The notes beneath the pieces are model-generated. The model saw only the letters and a program-made list of their open reading frames with translations. It was not told the origin of the DNA and ran no database searches. The translations under genes and the position numbers were made by a program. Shown piece after piece: positions 56,544 to 64,000 of a stretch of DNA of 64,000 bases (position 1 is its first letter; each line of letters begins with the position of its first letter). The stretch is from Bugula neritina (lineage: Eukaryota > Animalia > Bryozoa), in contig OZ037770.1 of the NCBI GenBank assembly GCA_964035545.1, positions 14,374,642 to 14,438,641 on the forward strand. Reading direction: 5' to 3'.

Positions 56544-59500
56544 ATGGACCGACAGGACATAGTTAATCTCAAGAAGCAACGTACTACTCTGAGGTCTAAG
56601 GTAACAATGCTAACTAATCTCATAGAATTAGCAATCTGTAGCAGCAACTCTACACAAGTGGAATGCCTGCGATCTCAGCTTGAATCTACATATCAAGAGT
56701 TTCTAACTATCCATTATGACTTTTTGGAATACGTTTCATCAGATGAGTCTATGGAAGACATTGCTTATGTTAATATGATGAGTCCAGTAGAGTACTATCA
56801 AACTGTAAAGGCTAGTTATGACAAAGCTATTTCTGACTGTAATACTTGGCATAGCAAATTCTATAAAATCAAGCACAGCCTTATTTTAGCAATTAAGAAA
56901 GCCAATGGATTAGTTGCTGATTGTACTGACAATACTCTTATCACTGAACATCATAGGAAATGTGTAGCTCTTTCAGAAAGTTTGGCAGATACCATAGGTT
57001 TTTCTGATTTATTATTAGAACTAGATGAAGTTATTTTATCTTTAGATTATTGTATGTCTAAGTTTACTCTTATGTCAAGGGCTCAGTCACAGAGCATGAA
57101 TTTCGAACACCGTAAATCTGATCCGTCCGTGGTCCGGTCCGGTCTCGCGGAGAGCGGTATGGGTGGGGGGTCACCTTCAGACGGGGCGAGTCATGCACCG
57201 ACTATGGTCGCGTCGAGTCGGTTGTTTCCTCCTAGATCACAGCCTAGCACACAAGAGGCTACTCTTGCACCAAATCCAGGTATCACAGCAAGCGGTAGTG
57301 ATAGGCAGGTACTATGGGAAGATCACACATCCGGTGAAGCTTTGGCATCAAATCCAGGTGTCATAGCAAGTACCAATGTCAGAGATGTTCGTTCTTCTAC
57401 GTTCTCAGTACGTGATCTACAAGGTAGTTTTGATCGTGCAGCTCATTCTGAATTTTTGATTCGCGGCGCAACTTCCTCGGTTGTCAATGCATATGATAGC
57501 TACCCTAATGGAACAACTCAAACAAGTTATGACTCTAGACATACAGGTGGAAATAACTTCAATACATCTATCCATAAAACTCATTCACAACCAAAGCCAT
57601 TTAACGGCACTAGATACCATTGGCCGGAATTTAGGTCAGTGTGGCTAAGGTATGCCACTGTGTTTTACGATGATGTCGATAGGGCTTGTGAATTAGAAAA
57701 ATTTCTCACAGGTGAAGCTCTGGAGATGGTTCAGCCAATCTTCGCAACTCAGCCTCAAGCTTACGAGAGAATGATGTGTAGATTAGAAGAGGTCTACAAT
57801 GATCCTAGCATGAGTGTGCAAGCAGTCTTCAACAATCTACAAGAACTAAAGCCAGTAAAGGACGGAAATGCACGAGAACTCGTCAACATGGCCAACGCAG
57901 TGGAAAGCTCGTACAGCCAACTCGGTGAAGTGGGACTTTTGCAAACTGTTACGCTGCCACAAGTCGATACTCTTGCAAACCTATTACCTACAAGCATTAG
58001 ACGGGACTGGGATAGACACTTTCACATGCTTACTCACGAGGAGAGAATCAAGCCATTCCCACACCTCATGAGGTTTCTAGAGCAGGAACGGCAGATAGCC
58101 CTCAGACGCATAGAAACCGTAAACCCGCAGTCCTCCAGTATGCATAAACAGAAGGTGAAAGCGTTCCACACTGAAAGCAGTGGCCCCAAGTCTAGTAGTA
58201 ACAGGTCTACTAATAATAGCAAAATCATTGATAGTGAGAATTACTGTTTTATTCATCGCAGTGAGCGTCATTGTCTTGTTGAGTGCAGAAATTTCTTGGC
58301 GTTGTCTGTAGATGAAAGATACAAGTTAATAAAAACTAATTCTCTATGTGTTAGGTGCTTGGGTGCCCATGAGCCTAAGCGCTGTCCAAATTTCCGAACC
58401 CCTTGTCCAGTCTGTGATAAAACAACCCACCATGTATTGTTGTGTATCAAATCAGCTGAAACTAATACATATACCAATTGTAATACCAACAAGAATAAAG
58501 TAAAAGCTGATCAAATTAAGCACAAGAGTAATGAGAATTCTGAAGCGTCTGCTGTTAGCACCACGGTTCGTGTGTCTCCTAATCATGGAGCGCACAATCA
58601 TCCAGGAAATGCTACAGTATTTGCCATTCAGCAGGCCCAAGTAGTGGGTACATCTCATACAGCTATTATATTCTTTGACGGCGGATCCAATGCTTCATTC
58701 ATATCGGAGAGAGCTGCTAAAGCGTGGGGTGCGCGACAGATAGATAAGGTGAATTTGGAAATGAACACACTTGGTGAACATGAAGTTAGCGAAACTTCTA
58801 CTATTTATGAAGTAAAGTTACAAACTCCAAAGGGAAGGACCTTTGCGATTTTAGCTTACAGCCTTCGGAAACTCACAGGGGCTATCAACAGGCCACTTGA
58901 TGCAAACATCCTCGAATCTCTCTTCCCGAAAGTAGATACTGACAAGCTATTGAAGAAGACGGGACCCATCGACCTGCTAATTGGTAACGATCTTCTTGGA
59001 TTGCATCCAAAACACCAAGTTGATCAAGCAGGGCCTCACCTCTATGTATATTCTGGACCCTTTGGACTGTGTATGCAGGGATCACACCCGGTCCTTAGCA
59101 ACTTTTCTACACTTCCATCCTCATCTTTCCATGTACAGGCTACCATGACGCATGAGAAGTTAGAGGAAGTTGAATTTTCTCAAAGCATTCACAACGACAC
59201 GCTCAACAGTTGTGATTTGGACTTGTCTACAGTTTCTTCGCCGACCTACAGTGTCAATAGTCTCAACGCATCTCCCAGTCAGTTTGCAAAGTCATTTTCA
59301 AGACCTCAGACTATTATAGATTGTGGTGAATCACATACTATAGCCACTGAATGTTGTACGATTGAGTTCGCCGATGACTCAGACCCGTTACAGAGCCCGG
59401 GAGACCCAGTCACTGAGTCTGCAGAACAAATCGGTTCTGGACAGTTGAACAGATCTTTAGAAGTCAATGAATCTACACCCATGTCTATAGAGATTAAAAG

Positions 59501-59984
59501 AAAGTATGAATTTACTAGCAGTACCTCTATCACACAACCCACGCCTGTTCCGGCCAATGAGAGGGCAGAATCTAAAGTGACTGTTAAAGGGGTAAACAAA
59601 GCTACAGCTAAATGCCGTATAGCACCAATAAAACAACAACTCAAGATTCCTCAACTAGAACTCAATGCGGCCGTATTGTCAAAGAGAGGCAGACGAGTTA
59701 TCGAGACTGAAATGCGCTATAAGTTTGAGAAAGTTTATCAGCTTATAGATTCTAAAACAGTGCTCAAGATGCTCCAAAAGAAGTCAACAAGGTTTCATGT
59801 TTACGAGGGTGTACGCGTTGGAGAAATTCAGGGAGCAACCAATGGAGATATGAGCTGCTGGCACTGGGTAAGTGGCAAGGAAAACACAGCAGATTGGCTT
59901 ACAAGAGGGAAGCCTGTCAATGACATTGGACCTGCGAGTGAATGGTGGAGAGGCCCAAATTTTCTCTATCTGCCTGAGGATTAA
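56544..59984 (+). pseudogene. BEL/Pao gag-protease fused in frame to the C-terminal part of RNase H; premature stop
   Basis: KPFNG..WPEF gag motif, three Cys/His knuckles (CFIH..H..C, CVRC..H..C, CPVC..HH..C), protease FFDGGSNASF, then directly AKCRIAP..IPQLELNAA..DS..NTADWLTRG; no RT motifs; TAA at 59982 then further disruptions to 60319. Confidence 0.88.
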
Positions 59985-60352
59985 TGGGATATAAAATCGC
60001 CATCTGACTCGAATGAGCTTGTCTTTGGAGAGAAAAAAATAGTTTACACCGTCACTGCATCAACAGAAGTCCAATCATTTATTAAATATGAAAATATCAG
60101 CAGCCTCAAGAGTCTAACATGGACAATAGCTCGAGTTCGCAACGTCTTCAAGTACAAAGTTTTAAGGGAATCCAACCTGATCTCGTCACCGTGACAGATC
60201 TACGGCAGACCAAACTCTACTTACTGAAGCAGGTACAACGCACTATAGATTCTGAGTTGAACAAGATTAAAGGGAAATACACAAGACTTCACCCCATTAG
60301 GACAGAGAGTGGAGTATGAATAGTAGGCAGTAGACTCCTAAGGCATAACCCC

Positions 60353-61567
60353 ATGACAGCGATTAAAACGCACATGCAATCAATCCTTCCCACCACTCAC
60401 TACTTTACCTACTTGGCAATGCGGCAGGCACATACAGACAGCTATCACCGTGGCCGAGATGCAACACTCGCAAGATTCCGAGAAGAGTTTTGGACTATGC
60501 AGGGATCTAAGGTTGCTAGGGGCACAGTGACATCATGCCAAATGTGTCGACTCAAACGACCTCGCTTTACTGATCAACTGATGGGAAGTCTACCTACAGA
60601 ACGACTAACGACCGGACCGCCGTTCAACAATGTAATGATAGATCTTTTTGGTCCGTATATTGTGAGAGGAGAAAAACAGACTAGAACTTCGAGCAAAGCT
60701 TATGGAGTAATATTCACAGACATCAGTTCACGAGCAGCACACATCGAAGCAGTTTTCGGATATGACAGTGATTCTTTCCTGTTGGCATTAACTCGATTCG
60801 TCAACATTCGTGGCTGGCCATCCAAGATTTATTCTGATCCTGGAACACAGTTAGCTGGAGCAGAAAAAGAACTCAAAGATATGTGGAGACGCATAGACAA
60901 AGATTCTATCAAGAAAACCAGTGCAGAAAATGGGTTGCAATGGGAATTTGGACCTGGTGACAGCCCCTGGTATCAGGGCGCTGCTGAATCACTCATAAAG
61001 GCTGTCAAGAGATGTTTCACATTTTCAATGAGCAACCGCCGGCTTTCACCTACAGAATTTCTCACAATCTGCACTGAAGCTGCAAACACACTAAATGAAA
61101 GGCCATTGGGATTACTGCCAGATTCAGACTCCGAGATCAACATATTAACACCTAACTGTCAACTTATTGGACGACCCTTCATCAAGAATCCTGGCAACTG
61201 GAATACAGACTACTCCTTAAGGGGGCGACTGGCTCTGGTAAATACAGTCTCAGATGATTTCTGGCGGAAGTGGACCGAATTGTATGCACCCACACTGATT
61301 CATCACCAAAAGTGGCATACCCCAAGACGAAACTTTCAGGTGGGAGATGTTGTAGTTGTTATGGATCCAAATCAGCTGCGTAATCAGTATAAACTAGCTC
61401 GAGTACATCAAGTATATCCGAGCAAGGATGGCGTAGTAAGGAAAGTAGCCCTTTCCTACAAAAACTATAAGGTAGCAGGGAAACTGAGGGACTATGTAGG
61501 CTGTAAAGACACTATCATAACCCGCAGCGTGCATAGGTTGGCTTTATTAACTGAAGTGAACCCATAA
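60353..61567 (+). CDS. BEL/Pao integrase (HHCC + DDE + C-terminal domain)
   Basis: AH..YH..C.MC, IDLFGP, YSDPGT, GAAESLIK, LNERPL, FWRKW, VGDVV, DGVVR motifs. Confidence 0.9.
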   Translation: MTAIKTHMQSILPTTHYFTYLAMRQAHTDSYHRGRDATLARFREEFWTMQGSKVARGTVTSCQMCRLKRPRFTDQLMGSLPTERLTTGPPFNNVMIDLFGPYIVRGEKQTRTSSKAYGVIFTDISSRAAHIEAVFGYDSDSFLLALTRFVNIRGWPSKIYSDPGTQLAGAEKELKDMWRRIDKDSIKKTSAENGLQWEFGPGDSPWYQGAAESLIKAVKRCFTFSMSNRRLSPTEFLTICTEAANTLNERPLGLLPDSDSEINILTPNCQLIGRPFIKNPGNWNTDYSLRGRLALVNTVSDDFWRKWTELYAPTLIHHQKWHTPRRNFQVGDVVVVMDPNQLRNQYKLARVHQVYPSKDGVVRKVALSYKNYKVAGKLRDYVGCKDTIITRSVHRLALLTEVNP

Positions 61568-61796
61568 ATGACTGATCTACCTTCTTGGCCGCGTGTACGC
61601 TCGTGTCGCTGGAGGGGTTTGCATTCAACCGTTTTTCGGGGGACGGGCTGGTGCGCGGAGGGGTCAGCGGATTGGTGCAAGAATTTCATGGTCTGTGACT
61701 GATCCTATTTTGTTTTGTTTGTTTTGTTTGTTTTGATTTACATAATTTATCAATATTTGTCAGAATAGTATCTGCCAAACAATTTGACCCCACCGA

Positions 61797-62247
61797 TGTA
61801 TTGGTATGCCACCCAGAAGTATTGGCAGGCAGCCAATCATTAAAGCTTTCAAGCTTCAAAAGCTTTCACCAAAGCTACTATTAGCTGGCAGAGCTAGTTC
61901 ATTCACTGTACTGCATGAGTCAGTGTATCATGATCAAACCGCCATATTTACACTCCTTGTATGAATAAACTATCGGTTTCGGCATTGTGATGGCTAAGAT
62001 TTTTATCCACGCATCAATATTGTAAGTTTATTAGAATTATAATAGTTCATGTCAATTTTTTGGTTCTGTAATATTCATAGTGTTCCTCTAAATTTTGATT
62101 TATATTGTGACTACTTATTTATACAATTTCTAATGTTTCCCATTTTATAGGGTACGATTTGACAGTAAATAAACTCGAAAACCTGTTGCCAAGTTGGCTA
62201 GTAGTTAAAGTATATCATTCAACCAGACACAAACACAAACCGATACA
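61797..62247 (+). repeat. 3' LTR
   Basis: Direct repeat of 56070-56520. Confidence 0.95.
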
Positions 62248-62728
62248 ATGGTATTATATTATTACAAATCACAGTGGGTTATTTTATATACATATATTAC
62301 ACCATGCACATCATATATGCTGCATACAAATTAAAATCCAATGTTTTATGTTATATCTTATATTATAAACATACGAGAGTGTAATATACGACATAATATA
62401 TCTTGCTTAGTGGCTAGTCTCAATTTGTGCTGCTAGACTATTAGTGATGTTGCTGATTGTACTTAAAGCTGTATATTGAATATTGTACAGATTAGTTCTT
62501 ATAATATTATGAAAAAAATGTTAAACACATTGTAGCTGTAGCTGCAGCAGTAGCTGTAGCTGTAACTGTAGCTGTAGCTGAAAAGCTTTTTAACTACAAG
62601 CTTAAAAGCAAATGAATATAGCCAGCTTTGACAAGCCATTAACTGAAGACTCTGTACTACTTTGTAAGATATTAGTATGTTGCCATGGTTACAATCACAG
62701 GATGTAGTTTGCTGCCGCCTATGTGCTG

Positions 62729-63922
62729 TCAGACAAGTCTAACAGGGGCAGCTGGCTTTACTGTGACAGCAGGTAGAGGTCCAAACTTAGCCTTGATACG
62801 ATCACACCCTTGCGAGTTTGGGAATAAGTAGCAGTGTAAAGTGTACACCCTGTAATTAGATGATTAACTCAGAATAATATTTATAAAGTCAATGGGTATT
62901 GAAACACTTTAAAGAAGAAGGTATTATTTTCAAAAATGCTGCTTTTTCTGAAAATGCACCATACAAATTTATATTTAAGTGTAAGCTTTATACGGGTGGG
63001 TGGGGTGCTATGAACAGCTAAATCCAAAGACGGCTTAGATTAGTTCTAAAGCTACCGGGTTTTAAAGCACTAATTTGGCGAAGGTAGTATTTTCAATTAT
63101 AGAAATAATTGTATTATACTGAAAATAGACCATACTAATATACATTTTAGTTTTGTACTGAAGGGCGAGGTGCTATAAGCGATGTCCTACCTGGTAGGGT
63201 CCACAGTCCTTGGATATTGAGGGGTTTTCCGACTCAAGAGAATAGTATTTGGTGTTATGAAGTGATGGGCAATTGGTAGCTCCCCCCAGCTGATAGTTAT
63301 CTGCAGTAATAAGTCTCATAGTAACAAGTACCTGTTTAGAGATGTCTCATAGTAACAAGTACCTGTTTAGAGATGTCTCATGGTAACAAGTACCTGTTTA
63401 GAGATGTCTCATGGTAACAAGTACCTGTTTAGGGATGTCTCATAGTAACAAGTACCTGTTTAGGAATGTCTCATAGTAACAAGTACCTGTTTAGGGATGT
63501 CTCATAGTAACAAGTACCTGTTTAGAGATGTCTCATAGTAACAAGTACCTGTTTAGAGATGTCTCATAGTAACAAGTACCTGTTTAGAGATGTCTCATAG
63601 TAACAAGTACCTGTTTAGGAATGTCTTGTTGATCTATTTCCCACATAGGTTCAAGGTTAGAATGAAATTCAAGAATGATTGTTACTGGAACTTTAAGCAG
63701 ATAATCTACAATAATCCCAGCACATTTTAGACATATTTTACCTCAATACATATGTAGCAGGAGTTGTTCCATCATCTAAATCTTAAAGTCAAAAAGCAGA
63801 GGTGAAAAAGCAGTCTATGGTTCAAATAATTTAGTGCTAACTTTGACTTACTGACAACATAGCCTATTGTAATGTCACCAGATGTATTTGTTTCGGCTCC
63901 TCTCTTCAGATATTCTTCTTTT
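62729..63922 (-). CDS. Second, divergent fringe-family (GT31) gene, last four exons; continues beyond window
   Basis: Exons 63922-63852 (71 nt), 63705-63611 (95), 63300-63191 (110), 62849-62729: the first three match the lengths and phases of fringe exons 7-9. Translation ..TNTSGDITIGYVVNYLLKVPVT..EFHSNLE..KQITISWG..DPTRVYTLHCYLFPNSQGC..stop. Confidence 0.88.
63313..63625. repeat. 31-bp minisatellite (~10 copies) made of the exon/intron donor junction of the fringe paralog
   Basis: Unit GTCTCATAGTAACAAGTACCTGTTTAGAGAT; minus strand GACAT..CTAAACAG|GTACTTGTTACTATGA. Confidence 0.95.
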
Positions 63923-64000
63923 CTAAAAGTAAATTTTTATTCCTAAAATGAGTGTTATATTATTTTAATGGTTTGTTTGGAAGCCAATCTTTAAGTCTCA

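Larger units (their letters stand above)
56070..62247 (+). mobile_element. BEL/Pao LTR retrotransposon, internally deleted (no RT), non-autonomous
   Basis: 451-bp LTRs with TG..CA ends, 5-bp TSD ATGGT (56065-56069, 62248-62252); gag, protease, RNase H C-terminal remnant and integrase in BEL order. Confidence 0.95.

Overview
AT-rich, intron-rich invertebrate (metazoan) genomic DNA; no prokaryotic features, CRISPR, rRNA or intact tRNA genes were seen. Spliced genes reconstructed by hand: a MADF+BESS-domain gene (-, 5241-8098), a cluster of three paralogous 6-exon cytoplasmic LRR-only genes (A -, B -, C +; A and C lie on an inverted segmental duplication), RPAP2/Rtr1 (+), a complete 10-exon fringe gene (+, 379 aa), an uncharacterised putative glycosyltransferase-like gene (-), and the last four exons of a second, divergent fringe paralog (-) that the ORF track misses. 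Mobile DNA: two 5'-truncated CR1/L2-group LINEs, an RT-deleted BEL/Pao LTR element with 451-bp LTRs and a 5-bp TSD, hAT-, Harbinger- and MULE-type MITEs, two tRNA-derived SINEs and many mini/microsatellites. Most notable: (1) the LRR cluster, with phase-2 two-repeat exon cassettes whose substitutions concentrate at LRR beta-strand/turn positions beside a near-identical intron (candidate diversified immune-receptor system); (2) the inverted duplication also copied a promoter/first-exon block that now points at two unrelated genes; (3) a 33-34-bp hairpin element family with 8-bp TSDs; (4) minisatellites built from exon/intron donor junctions. All family assignments are from motif recognition, not database searches.
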